Assembly (NCBI GenBank): GCA_963675295.2
Contig: CAXXKJ010000002.1
Coordinates: 2,912,001-2,976,000 of the forward strand
Direction: 5' to 3'
DNA: 64,000 nt
Source of the DNA: a bacterium
Lineage (GTDB): Bacteria > Electryoneota > Electryoneia > Electryoneales > Electryoneaceae
Shown here: positions 51,356 to 60,529 of the stretch, piece by piece
Position numbering within the stretch: position 1 is the stretch's first letter
Layout of the letters: every line of letters starts with the position of its first letter
Program-made: the position numbers and the translations under genes
The notes under the pieces: generated by a model
Told to the model about the DNA's origin: nothing
The model's input: the letters and a program-made list of their open reading frames with translations, nothing else
Databases searched by the model: none

Positions 51356-52020
51356 TGGCAAAAGAGATGATTCACTTGTTACCTGACGAATTGAACCAGT
51401 ACATCGAAGATCATTTGCCCGATCGGCCGGACGTCTTCCACGAGATGGAGAAGCTGGCCGCGGAGAAGAAGTTTCCGATCATCGGGCCGCAGGTTGGCCA
51501 ATGCCTCAAGCTGCTGGCTTTGTCGATCAACGCGAAGCGTGTGTTCGAACTCGGCTCCGGGTATGGGTACTCGGCGTTGTGGTTTGCGCTTGGCATGCCG
51601 GATGAAGGGCAGATTGTGCTCACCGATGAGCGTGAGGACAACCTCAAGCAGGCGGAAGACTTCATGAGCCGCCTGTGGCAGAATGGCAAGGCGGAGTTCC
51701 TCGCCGGAAACGCGCTGGATCATTTCCGCGCGGCCAAGGGCGAGTGGGATATCGTCTTCAACGACATCGACAAGGAACAGTACCCGGACACGATCGAGCT
51801 GGCCTACGAAAAGCTGCGTCCCGGCGGTTTCTTTGTCACCGACAACGTGCTCTGGGGCGGGACGGTGGTCAACGACCATTCGCACCCATCCACCAAGGGC
51901 ATTCTCGAGTTTAACAAGCGGTTGCGCGAACATCCGGGCTTCGAGAACGCGATCCTGCCGGTACGTGACGGTCTCGCGTTGGCACGGAAGGTCACGAACG
52001 ATGACTGGAAACCCTGGTAG
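51355..52020 (+). CDS. SAM-dependent O-methyltransferase
   Basis: [31 protein letters not shown]. Confidence 0.9.
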   Translation: MAKEMIHLLPDELNQYIEDHLPDRPDVFHEMEKLAAEKKFPIIGPQVGQCLKLLALSINAKRVFELGSGYGYSALWFALGMPDEGQIVLTDEREDNLKQAEDFMSRLWQNGKAEFLAGNALDHFRAAKGEWDIVFNDIDKEQYPDTIELAYEKLRPGGFFVTDNVLWGGTVVNDHSHPSTKGILEFNKRLREHPGFENAILPVRDGLALARKVTNDDWKPW

Positions 52021-52043
52021 CCGACACACGAAGGAACGATTCG

Positions 52044-52253
52044 ATGGCCATCGAGATGTACAAGCCGGGTGAGGGTGACGGCAAGGACATGCGTCCCTTC
52101 CGCTGTGTGGTTTGCGGATACGTGTACGGCCCGAAGGTGGGTGATCCGGAGAACAACATTCCGCCGGGGACCGCGTTCGGCGACCTTCCGGATGACTGGC
52201 TCTGCCCTCTCTGCGGCGCGGGCAAATCGTTGTTCACGGCGGTCGAGGAGTAG
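52044..52253 (+). CDS. rubredoxin
   Basis: CVVCGYVY...GD...[19 protein letters not shown]. Confidence 0.95.
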   Translation: MAIEMYKPGEGDGKDMRPFRCVVCGYVYGPKVGDPENNIPPGTAFGDLPDDWLCPLCGAGKSLFTAVEE

Positions 52254-52281
52254 CGAATCCCGGCGTTGACTCGCAGTCTAT

Positions 52282-52315
52282 AAGCCCCTGTACGCGGACG
52301 CTGCAGGGGTTTGTT
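52282..52315 (+). terminator. probable intrinsic terminator after rubredoxin
   Basis: AAGCCCCTGTA...TGCAGGGGTTT followed by GTT. Confidence 0.55.
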
Positions 52316-52376
52316 CGCTGTATTTTGCGAGTTACAAACTCTTGCTCCAGACCGGGGTGAGTGTCCGGCGGTTTCA

Positions 52377-52405
52377 TTGCCTTCAAACTTAGGCAAGACT
52401 ATCTT
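52377..52405 (+). promoter_or_regulatory. possible sigma70 promoter of the 2-oxoacid dehydrogenase operon
   Basis: TTGCCT-N17-TATCTT. Confidence 0.4.
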
Positions 52406-52495
52406 TGCCGCAACTGGTAAACAACAGCGGCGACAAGATCCCGTCCCGCACTGCGGAACGGGTTTTGTATCTCCGCCAGAAGGAAAGGAGTGGAC

Positions 52496-53566
52496 ATGCC
52501 GAGCAAGGTCATTGCACGGTTTGACGTGTCCTACCTGCAGATTCTTGATGAAAACGGCAAGGTGGACAAGGGGCTTGAACCGAAGCTCCCGAAGGAAAAA
52601 CTGCTCGAGATGTACCGTGTCATGATGCGCGCGCGTCGTCTCGATGAACGTTTGCTGAAGATGCAGCGCCAGGGCCGTGTCGGCACATTGCCGGTCAGCG
52701 TTGGCCAGGAAGCTTCTTCCGGCGCCGCTGCGATGGCGATGGCCGAAGAGGACTGGTTTGTCGGCTCGTACCGTGAGGTCGCCGGCCGTCTCGCCATGGG
52801 CGAGGCGATGCACAAACCGATGTTGATTTACGGCGGCTTCGAGGAAGGCAATTACAATGAGGACATCCCGCGGCTGATGCCGTTGGCGGTGATCCTCGGT
52901 TCACAGATCCCGCACGCTGTCGGCATTGCCTATGCCAGCAAGCTGCGTGGCGAAAAGAGTGCGGTGCTCGCGTTTAACGGTGACGGCGCGGCCTCGGAAG
53001 GCGACTGGCACGAAGCGTTGAACTTCGCCAGCGTCTGGAAAGCCCCGTCGGTGTTTGTTGTGCAGAACAACCACTGGGCGATTTCGACGCCGTTGAGCAA
53101 GCAGATGGCCAGCGAGACGATTGCGCAGCGTGGCATCGCGTATGGTATGCCGTGCCTGCAGGTGGACGGCAACGACGCCCTTGCAGTGTACAAGGCGACG
53201 AAGGAAGCGCTCGACCGTGCCCGCAAGGGCGAAGGCCCGACGCTGATCGAAGCCCTCACCTACCGCATGCTGATGCACACCACGGCGGACGATCCAAAGA
53301 AGTACCGTTCGGATGAGGAAGCCGAGGAGTGGAAGAAGCGTGACCCGATCACCCGCTTCAAGATCTACCTCGAAGGCAAAAAGCTTTGGGACGACAAGAA
53401 AGAAGCTGAACTCGAGGAAGAGATCAAGCAGGAAATCGACGCAGCCGTGAAGTATTACGAGAACTTCAAGGAGTTCAAGCTGGATCAGCCGTTTGATCAC
53501 CAGTTTGGCACCGAGGTCGCGTCCCTGGTCGAACAGCGTGCAGAATACAACAAGTACGCGCGGTAA
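52496..53566 (+). CDS. pdhA: 2-oxoacid (pyruvate/branched-chain) dehydrogenase E1 alpha
   Basis: MQRQGR, GQEA, GDGA.SEG...NN.WAIS TPP motif, HTTADDP..YR. Confidence 0.9.
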   Translation: MPSKVIARFDVSYLQILDENGKVDKGLEPKLPKEKLLEMYRVMMRARRLDERLLKMQRQGRVGTLPVSVGQEASSGAAAMAMAEEDWFVGSYREVAGRLAMGEAMHKPMLIYGGFEEGNYNEDIPRLMPLAVILGSQIPHAVGIAYASKLRGEKSAVLAFNGDGAASEGDWHEALNFASVWKAPSVFVVQNNHWAISTPLSKQMASETIAQRGIAYGMPCLQVDGNDALAVYKATKEALDRARKGEGPTLIEALTYRMLMHTTADDPKKYRSDEEAEEWKKRDPITRFKIYLEGKKLWDDKKEAELEEEIKQEIDAAVKYYENFKEFKLDQPFDHQFGTEVASLVEQRAEYNKYAR

Positions 53567-53579
53567 GGAGGATTGATCA

Positions 53580-54560
53580 ATGCCTAAGCTTACGATGGTC
53601 CAGGCGATCAACCTCGCCTTGCACCAGGAGATGGAAAAAGATGAGTCCGTGCTCGTGATGGGGCAGGACATTGGCAAGAATGGCGGCGTGTTCCGTCTGA
53701 CCGACGGCCTGCAGGACAAGTTCGGCGAGGATCGCGCCATCGATACGCCGTTGGCGGAATCCGCAATTATCGGATCCGCGATCGGTATGGCGATCAACGG
53801 CTTGAAGCCGGTCGCCGAAATTCAGTTCTCGGGGTTCAGCTACCTGACACTGGGTCAGCTGGAAGGCAATGCTGGTCGTTTCCGAAACCGTACCCTCGGC
53901 AAGTTCACCGTGCCGCTGGTGCTGCGGATGCCGTTCGGCGGTGGCGTGCGTGCGCTCGAGCATCATAGCGAGAGCAAGGAAACGTATTACGCGCACACAC
54001 CCGGCGTAAAAACCGTCATCCCCTCCACCCCGCAGACCGCGTATCGTCTGCTGCTCGGCGCGATCCGTGACCCCGACCCGGTCGTGTTCATGGAGCCGAA
54101 GCACTCGTACCGTGCGTTCAAGGAAGAGTTTGAGGCGGACGGCGAGGCGATGGAACTGGGCAAGGCGCGAATCGTGCAGGAAGGGAACGACATCACCGTC
54201 ATTTCCTGGGGCGCGATGCTGCACCGCACGGAAAAGGTGGTCGAAAATGTAGTCGACAAGCACGGCGTCAGCATTGAGCTGATCGACCTGCAGACGATTG
54301 CCCCGATGGATGCGCAGACGATCGCCGAATCGGTGAAGAAAACCGGACGCGCGGTGGTCGTGCAGGAAGCGCAGAAGACATTGGGCCCGGCGTCCGAGAT
54401 TATCTCGCTGATCAACGATCACGCGTTGATGTACCTCGAGGCCCCGGTCAAGCGTGTCGCCGGGTACGACATCGTGATGCCCTACTTCGCCCGTGAAAAC
54501 AACCAGATTCCGTCCGAGGATCGTATCCGTGACGGCATTGAAGAAACCCTCGCGTTCTAA
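53580..54560 (+). CDS. pdhB: 2-oxoacid dehydrogenase E1 beta
   Basis: GGVFR.T.GL, DTPLAES, AEIQF, EHHSES. Confidence 0.92.
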   Translation: MPKLTMVQAINLALHQEMEKDESVLVMGQDIGKNGGVFRLTDGLQDKFGEDRAIDTPLAESAIIGSAIGMAINGLKPVAEIQFSGFSYLTLGQLEGNAGRFRNRTLGKFTVPLVLRMPFGGGVRALEHHSESKETYYAHTPGVKTVIPSTPQTAYRLLLGAIRDPDPVVFMEPKHSYRAFKEEFEADGEAMELGKARIVQEGNDITVISWGAMLHRTEKVVENVVDKHGVSIELIDLQTIAPMDAQTIAESVKKTGRAVVVQEAQKTLGPASEIISLINDHALMYLEAPVKRVAGYDIVMPYFARENNQIPSEDRIRDGIEETLAF

Positions 54561-54571
54561 GGGAGGCATAC

Positions 54572-55930
54572 GTGTTCGAATTCAAATTGCCTGACCTCGG
54601 GGAAGGCATCGCCGAGGGTGAACTTCTCAAGTGGTACGTTGACGAAGGCGGCACCATCGCCGAAGACGCCGACCTGATGGACGTGGAAACGGACAAGGCG
54701 GCGGTGACCATCCCTTCCCCTGTTTCGGGTAAGGTGGTCAAGCTGAACGGCAAGGTCGGCGACATTCTCAACGTCGGCGACGTGGTCGTCGTGATTGACG
54801 ACGGGTCGGGCGGCGCAGTCGCTTCCGCTCCCGAACCGGCAAAGGCGGAAGAAACCGCTCCGGCCGCGCAACCTGCGGCTGTGGCACCTGCGACTCCGGC
54901 TCAACCGGCGTCCGCTCCGGTCGCAGCGCAGGCTCCGGCGGATCGTAAGCCGGGACGTCCTGTTCCGGCCGCTCCTGCGACACGACGTGTCGCACGTGAG
55001 CTGGGCGTGGACATCAACCTTGTGCCGGGCACCGGTCCGGGAGGACGTGTGACGCAGGACGACGTTCAGGCCTTCGCCAAGGGCGGAGCTCCGGCGGCGT
55101 CTGGCACGAAGTCGGCCAGTGCCGCGTCTGACACGTCCGAAGCCGCGACCGAGCGTGTCGAGTTTGGCGAAACGGGCGGAATTCCGTTCTACGAGCTGGA
55201 AACGTTGCCCGATTTCGAGACTGAAGGTCCGGTGGAACGTGAGCAGATTCGTTCCATCCGCCGCAAGGTGGCGAAGAAGATGGTCAGCTCGATGATCCTC
55301 GTGCCGCATGTCGCGCACATGGACGAGGCCGACGTCACCGAGCTGGAAGCCTTCCGTGCGAAGGAACGCAAGCGCCGGGAAGGCACACCGGGCGGAAAGC
55401 TGACCCTGATCCCGTTCGTCATGCGCGCGTTGGCGTCGTTGCTGAAGAAGTACCCACAGTTCAACGCCAGCCTCGATCCGCATCGCAACGAGATCGTCTA
55501 CAAGAAATACTACAACATCGGGTTCGCGGCGGATACCCCGCGCGGGCTGATGGTGCCGGTGGTCAAGGATGTCGACCGCAAGAGCATTCTGCAGGTTGGC
55601 AGCGAGATCAGCGAGCTGGCCGGACAGGCGCGTGACGGGTCAATCGAAGCCGGGAACTTGCGTCACGGCACGATCACCATCACCAATGTCGGTCCGATCG
55701 GGGGCACCGGGTTGATTCCGACGATCAACTACCCGGAAGTGGCGATTCTCGGAATGGGCCGGACGCAGGAGAAACCGGTCGTCCGGAACGGCGAGATCGT
55801 GATCCGCAAGATGCTGCCGTTGACGCTGGCGTTCGATCATCGTGTCGCGGACGGCGCCCAGGCGGCGTGCATGGTCACCGAGTTGGTGCACCTGCTCAGC
55901 GACCCGAACCAGCTGCTGCTGGAAGCGTAA
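54572..55930 (+). CDS. dihydrolipoamide acyltransferase E2
   Basis: lipoyl domain (VETDKA), PSBD (PATRRVARELGVD), FDHRVADGA. Confidence 0.95.
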   Translation: MFEFKLPDLGEGIAEGELLKWYVDEGGTIAEDADLMDVETDKAAVTIPSPVSGKVVKLNGKVGDILNVGDVVVVIDDGSGGAVASAPEPAKAEETAPAAQPAAVAPATPAQPASAPVAAQAPADRKPGRPVPAAPATRRVARELGVDINLVPGTGPGGRVTQDDVQAFAKGGAPAASGTKSASAASDTSEAATERVEFGETGGIPFYELETLPDFETEGPVEREQIRSIRRKVAKKMVSSMILVPHVAHMDEADVTELEAFRAKERKRREGTPGGKLTLIPFVMRALASLLKKYPQFNASLDPHRNEIVYKKYYNIGFAADTPRGLMVPVVKDVDRKSILQVGSEISELAGQARDGSIEAGNLRHGTITITNVGPIGGTGLIPTINYPEVAILGMGRTQEKPVVRNGEIVIRKMLPLTLAFDHRVADGAQAACMVTELVHLLSDPNQLLLEA

Positions 55931-55937
55931 ACCTGTC

Positions 55938-56008
55938 AGGGACACATATTCTGTATGTGTCCCTTTCATCGAGTATGTCGGGGACACTTACAGGAGTAAG
56001 TGTCCCCG
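55938..56008. repeat. two GGGACAC-family palindromes between E2 and E3
   Basis: AGGGACACATA-N5-TATGTGTCCCT and CGGGGACACTTAC-AGGA-GTAAGTGTCCCCG. Confidence 0.9.
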
Positions 56009-56029
56009 TGAACATACGTGGAGATAGAC

Positions 56030-57448
56030 ATGGTCATCGGAGAATTGACCCAGGAGACGGATGTCCTGGTCATTGGCGCAGGACCGGGCGGGTATGTCGC
56101 CGCGATCCGTGCCGCCGACCTCGGGCTGGACGTCACCCTGATAGAAGAGCGGGACAAACTCGGCGGCGTCTGCCTGATCGAGGGCTGCATCCCGTCGAAA
56201 ACCTTGATCCACGCCGTCGAACTGATGGAGGACGTCAAGGAAGCCGACAAGTTCGGCATCTCGCATGAGAACGTCAGCCTCGACATCGACAAGTTGCGTG
56301 CGTGGACACAATCCGTGGTCGACGACCTCACCAGCGGCGTGAAAACGTTGCTCGACAAGCGCGGCGTCGACGTGGTCAAGGGCCGAGCGGTCTTCACCAG
56401 CGACAACCGCGTCCACATCGAAGGCGCGGGCAATATTGACTTCAAGCATTGCATCATCGCGACCGGTTCACGGATCAACACCTTGCCGTCCGAGTATGAT
56501 TTGCCGTTGTGGGACTCGGAAACGGCGCTGAATCTGCCGAGTATTCCGGAACGTTTGCTGGTGGTCGGCGGTGGCTATATCGGCCTTGAGATGGGCACGG
56601 TGTATTCCGGCCTCGGCTCGAAGGTGACGATGGTCGAATTCGCCGAACGCCTGCTGCTCGGCGCCGATCCGGACCTCGTCAAGCCGGTGATCCGGCGTTC
56701 GGAACAGCGGTTCGAGAAGATTCTCACCGACTCGAAGGTGGTTAAGGTCGAAGAGCACAAAGGCGGCGGGTACGACGTCACCATCGAGCATCAGGGCAAG
56801 GAAACCGTCGAAACGTTCGACCAGGTGCTGGTCGCTATCGGCCGCAAGCCGAACACCGACAATCTCGGGCTGGAGAACACCGGCGTCGAGGTCAACGAAC
56901 GCGGCTTCATCACCGTCAACGATCAGAACCGCACGACGGTCGACCACATTTTCGCCATCGGAGATGTCTGCCGCGGGCCGGCATTGGCACACAAAGCCAG
57001 CCGTGAGGCTAAGGTCGTGGCCGAGGTGATCGCAAAGCACCCGAGCGCGTTCGACAATCGCGCGGTGCCGGCTGTAGTATTCACCAACCCGGAAATCGCG
57101 TGGACCGGTATCACCGAACGGGAAGCCAAGGACGAGGGCATCGAAGTCAATGTTGGCCGCTTCCCGTTGACCGCGCTGGGCCGTGCGAAGACCATCGGCG
57201 AGACTGACGGCTTCATCAAGATGATCAGTGATCCGGTAACAAACATCGTGCTCGGTGTCGGCATTGTCGGCCCGCACGCGTCCGAGCTGATCGCGGAAGG
57301 CACGCTTGCGATTGAGATGGGCGCGACGCTCGAGGATATCGCGGCGACGATCCATCCGCACCCGACGATCTCCGAATCGATCATGGAGGCGGCGGAAGTC
57401 GCGGCGGGCGATCCAGTACATATCCTGCCAAAGAAAAAGAAGAAGTAG
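56030..57448 (+). CDS. lpdA: dihydrolipoamide dehydrogenase E3
   Basis: GAGPGGY, GGVCLIEGCIPSK, HPHPTISE. Confidence 0.96.
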   Translation: MVIGELTQETDVLVIGAGPGGYVAAIRAADLGLDVTLIEERDKLGGVCLIEGCIPSKTLIHAVELMEDVKEADKFGISHENVSLDIDKLRAWTQSVVDDLTSGVKTLLDKRGVDVVKGRAVFTSDNRVHIEGAGNIDFKHCIIATGSRINTLPSEYDLPLWDSETALNLPSIPERLLVVGGGYIGLEMGTVYSGLGSKVTMVEFAERLLLGADPDLVKPVIRRSEQRFEKILTDSKVVKVEEHKGGGYDVTIEHQGKETVETFDQVLVAIGRKPNTDNLGLENTGVEVNERGFITVNDQNRTTVDHIFAIGDVCRGPALAHKASREAKVVAEVIAKHPSAFDNRAVPAVVFTNPEIAWTGITEREAKDEGIEVNVGRFPLTALGRAKTIGETDGFIKMISDPVTNIVLGVGIVGPHASELIAEGTLAIEMGATLEDIAATIHPHPTISESIMEAAEVAAGDPVHILPKKKKK

Positions 57449-57494
57449 GAAGTAATCAAGTACGAAGTAGAAAGAAGTACAAAGTCAAAAGTCA
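57442..57494. repeat. heptamer array (GAAGTAN/AAAGTCA), left arm of inverted pair
   Basis: GAAGTAG GAAGTAA . CAAGTAC GAAGTAG ... GAAGTAC AAAGTCA AAAGTCA. Confidence 0.8.
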
Positions 57495-57502
57495 GCACTT
57501 TT

Positions 57503-57546
57503 AAGGCTACGAAAAGTTGATCGTAGCCTTTTTATTTTATTTTCTT
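57503..57546 (+). terminator. intrinsic terminator enclosed by the inverted heptamer arrays
   Basis: AAGGCTACGA-N8-TCGTAGCCTT followed by TTTATTTTATTTT. Confidence 0.8.
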
Positions 57547-57603
57547 TCATAAAATCTTAGTAACCGTTTCATAGAAACATCAAGCTAATGTCCCCGCTTT
57601 CGG

Positions 57604-57645
57604 TTTTGTACTCTGTACTTTGTACTTTCGACTTTGTACTTTCTT
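57604..57645. repeat. heptamer array CTTTGTA-type, right arm (complementary to 57442-57494)
   Basis: TTTTGTA CTCTGTA CTTTGTA CTTTCGA CTTTGTA CTTTCTT. Confidence 0.88.
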
Positions 57646-57648
57646 CTC

Positions 57649-58302
57649 ATGAAAGACGATTCCACCTACCCCTTCCCGATCCACCGTTTCGAGGCGGACA
57701 AGGACCTGTTCGATCAGGTCCGTAAGACCGGCGATCCGGTGCTGCGGATCTATCGTCCCGATGAAACCATGGTCGTGCTCGGCCGGTCGAGCAAACCCGA
57801 TGTTGAGCTGCATGTTGATCGGATTCTGCTCGATGATGTCCCGATTTACCGGCGGCCCGGTGGCGGTTGTTCGGTCGTGCTCGATCCGGGGAATGTCGTC
57901 GTCGCGGTGGTGCTGCCCGCGCCGGGGCTGACGAAGACGAAAGAATGGTATGACCGCTGCACGTTCTGGTTGATTGACGCGTTGGCGACCATGGGGATGT
58001 CGGGTGTGCGCAAGGCGGGTATCAGTGATCTCGCAATCGGCGACCGCAAGATCGCTGGCTCGGCAGTATACCGCCAGAAGGATGTCTTCTACTACGCCGT
58101 CACCTTCCTTGTTGATCCGGACCTTGAGTTGATCCCACGCTACCTGGCCCATCCACCGATCGAACCGGACTACCGGCAGGGTCGCGAGCACCTGGACTTT
58201 GTTGTCGCCCTGCGGGATGCAACTGATCTCAACGATCCCGCAGATTTTGAACGACGGATCAGCGACGTACTCGACCTGGACGAGCTGATGGCGGAAGACT
58301 GA
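57649..58302 (+). CDS. lipoate-protein ligase A family protein
   Basis: VVLGRS, RRPGGGCSVVLDPG, SDLAIGDRKIAGSA, YL.HPP.EPDYR.GR.H.DF. Confidence 0.88.
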   Translation: MKDDSTYPFPIHRFEADKDLFDQVRKTGDPVLRIYRPDETMVVLGRSSKPDVELHVDRILLDDVPIYRRPGGGCSVVLDPGNVVVAVVLPAPGLTKTKEWYDRCTFWLIDALATMGMSGVRKAGISDLAIGDRKIAGSAVYRQKDVFYYAVTFLVDPDLELIPRYLAHPPIEPDYRQGREHLDFVVALRDATDLNDPADFERRISDVLDLDELMAED

Positions 58303-58328
58303 TACGTTGCGACGATGTACGATATGAA

Positions 58329-58360
58329 ACGGGGACACTTTATCCTGAAAGTGTCCCCGT
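58329..58360. repeat. GGGGACAC-family palindrome between convergent genes
   Basis: ACGGGGACACTTT-ATCCTG-AAAGTGTCCCCGT. Confidence 0.9.
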
Positions 58361-58393
58361 CTTGATTTATCATGATGAGTACGAATCGCAGTG

Positions 58394-59467
58394 TTACCGA
58401 ATCGCCTGATCGTTGCCCTTGTCGAACAGATGCGTCCGTTTCGGATCGAAGTGGAAGATCGCTTCCTGCCCGAGGCCGTACTCAACATTCGGCGCGACCT
58501 TGGCGATGACGCGTTGCTCGTTTACACGCACATGCAGGTAGGTCTCCGCGCCGAGCGGTTCGGCCAGTTCGGTGGTGCCGTGCATCTCGCCATGCCCGTT
58601 CGTCGCCGCGCCCCACTTGAGATCCTCGGGACGGATGCCCATTACCAGCGCCTTGTTGTCACCACCCTTTTTCTGTGTGTCGGTCAACGGAAACTTCACC
58701 GCACCCGCCGTGAACGCGCCGCTATGCACCGTGCCCTCGACGAAATTCATCGTCGGCGAGCCGATGAAGCCGGCTACGAACAGGTTCACGGGATTGTTGT
58801 ACAGCTCGATCGGTTCGGCGACCTGCTGCACGAGGCCGTCCTTCATCACCACGATCTTGCTGCCCATGGTCATCGCTTCGACCTGATCATGGGTGACGTA
58901 AATGATCGTCGCGTCGAGGCGCTGGTGCAGTTCCATGATCTCGGCGCGCATGTGGTTGCGCAGCTTCGCGTCGAGGTTGGACAACGGTTCGTCGAAGAGG
59001 AACACTTTCGGCTTGCGGACAATCGCACGACCGAGCGCGACACGTTGCCGCTGTCCGCCGGACAGAGCTTTCGGTTTGCGGTCGAGGTAGCTTTGCAACT
59101 GCAGGATTTCTGCGGCTTCTTCAACGCGGGCGTTGATCTCGTCCTTCGGAAACTTGCGCAGCTTGAGGCCGAACGCCATGTTTTCGCGCACGCTCATGTG
59201 TGGATACAGCGCGTAGTTCTGAAACACCATCGCGATGTCGCGGTCTTTCGGCGCGACGTTGTTGACCACTTTGCCGTCGATGGTGATCGTGCCCTTGGTG
59301 ATGTCCTCGAGGCCTGCGATCATGCGCAGCGTGGTCGACTTGCCGCAGCCGGACGGTCCCACAAGCACGACAAATTCCTTGTCGTGAATCTCAACGTTGA
59401 CATCGTCGGCGGCGGTGACGTCGCCGTCATAGATCTTGTATACGTGTTCGAGGATGACGTCAGCCAT
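58394..59467 (-). CDS. sugar ABC transporter ATP-binding protein (MalK/UgpC family)
   Basis: GPSGCGKST, VFQNYALYPHM, LSGGQRQR, DEPLSNLD, TOBE domain. Confidence 0.96.
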   Translation of the reverse strand: MADVILEHVYKIYDGDVTAADDVNVEIHDKEFVVLVGPSGCGKSTTLRMIAGLEDITKGTITIDGKVVNNVAPKDRDIAMVFQNYALYPHMSVRENMAFGLKLRKFPKDEINARVEEAAEILQLQSYLDRKPKALSGGQRQRVALGRAIVRKPKVFLFDEPLSNLDAKLRNHMRAEIMELHQRLDATIIYVTHDQVEAMTMGSKIVVMKDGLVQQVAEPIELYNNPVNLFVAGFIGSPTMNFVEGTVHSGAFTAGAVKFPLTDTQKKGGDNKALVMGIRPEDLKWGAATNGHGEMHGTTELAEPLGAETYLHVRVNEQRVIAKVAPNVEYGLGQEAIFHFDPKRTHLFDKGNDQAIR

Positions 59468-59490
59468 GTCTGTCCTTTGCCTCCAGAATG

Positions 59491-60123
59491 CTACTCGTCC
59501 AGGTACAACCCGCCGGTAGCTTCCATCCAGTCGCAGATACGGTCGCACGCGGCTGTGACATTGTCGTCTGAAATATCGATCTCGATGTGCTGCAATCTCG
59601 TCCGTCTCAGCAATTCGCGGAACTGCTCCTGCTCGTCAATGAACGGTTGCAGATCATCATACTGCGACGGTTTCCCGCTAACTTTCAATCGTTCTTCCCG
59701 TGCCGCGGCGAACGACTCCGACGCCCGCGTCAAGAGAATCAACCGGAAGTTCAGGTTGGCCAGCCGTTCCTCCAGCCAGCGGAAGTCGAGTTCACGATTC
59801 CGTTCCCGCTGCTGCACGACCATCGTTGACAGATGGAACCGGTCGATGGTCCATGAATAATACCGTTGCAGCTCAAACAGCCGTACCCAGGTCTTGTACG
59901 TCTCCAACGCCTTCGCTTCTTCGTCGGCATTGAAATTAATCAGCCCGCGTCCCCACGGATGATTCGTAAACGCGCACCATTCCCCCGAAATGATCGGCGA
60001 ATGGTAGCGGTATTTCTTTGGTCCGACGAAGCGTGGATGCTCATTCAACGCAAACGCGACATCGGTTTTATGCGTCAGGCGTGTGCCTTCCAGGATTACT
60101 TTCGGGACCAGCTTGCGGCCCAT
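59491..60123 (-). CDS. hypothetical protein, P-loop nucleotide-kinase-like
   Basis: VILEGTRLTHKT (degenerate Walker A) and IDRFHLS resemble dNK/thymidylate kinase motifs. Confidence 0.6.
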   Translation of the reverse strand: MGRKLVPKVILEGTRLTHKTDVAFALNEHPRFVGPKKYRYHSPIISGEWCAFTNHPWGRGLINFNADEEAKALETYKTWVRLFELQRYYSWTIDRFHLSTMVVQQRERNRELDFRWLEERLANLNFRLILLTRASESFAAAREERLKVSGKPSQYDDLQPFIDEQEQFRELLRRTRLQHIEIDISDDNVTAACDRICDWMEATGGLYLDE

Positions 60124-60153
60124 GACTCATCGTCCTCAGCTGCCGTGCATCGT

Positions 60154-60498
60154 TTACCCGTTCGCGGCCTTGTCTTGCTTGTCGCGCTCGTCCAGGACTT
60201 CGTTGATCAGATCCTTCATCGCCTCGCGGTCGATCATGATCTGCGGTTCCTGGTCGCCGGGTGCGGAACGTTTTTGTCCCGCGCTGGATTGATTCGACTT
60301 CTGCACGATGCTCACGCCCGACCAGCTCACCGAAATCACCACTCCGGCAAGGATGATGACGGCTACAAACTGATGGCTTGGCGTCATCGCTGAGTTCACG
60401 ACCACATAGCCCAGCACGACCATCGAAAACGCCAGCGCCAGAGCCATGAAGATGAGTGAGTTTTTGGTCAGGTCCGTGCTGTTCGTTGGATCACCCAT
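60154..60498 (-). CDS. hypothetical two-TM membrane protein
   Basis: two hydrophobic helices; co-oriented inside the ABC operon. Confidence 0.65.
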   Translation of the reverse strand: MGDPTNSTDLTKNSLIFMALALAFSMVVLGYVVVNSAMTPSHQFVAVIILAGVVISVSWSGVSIVQKSNQSSAGQKRSAPGDQEPQIMIDREAMKDLINEVLDERDKQDKAANG

Positions 60499-60529
60499 GG
60501 ATGTTTTTCCCAGTCAAATGGAACGCCGT

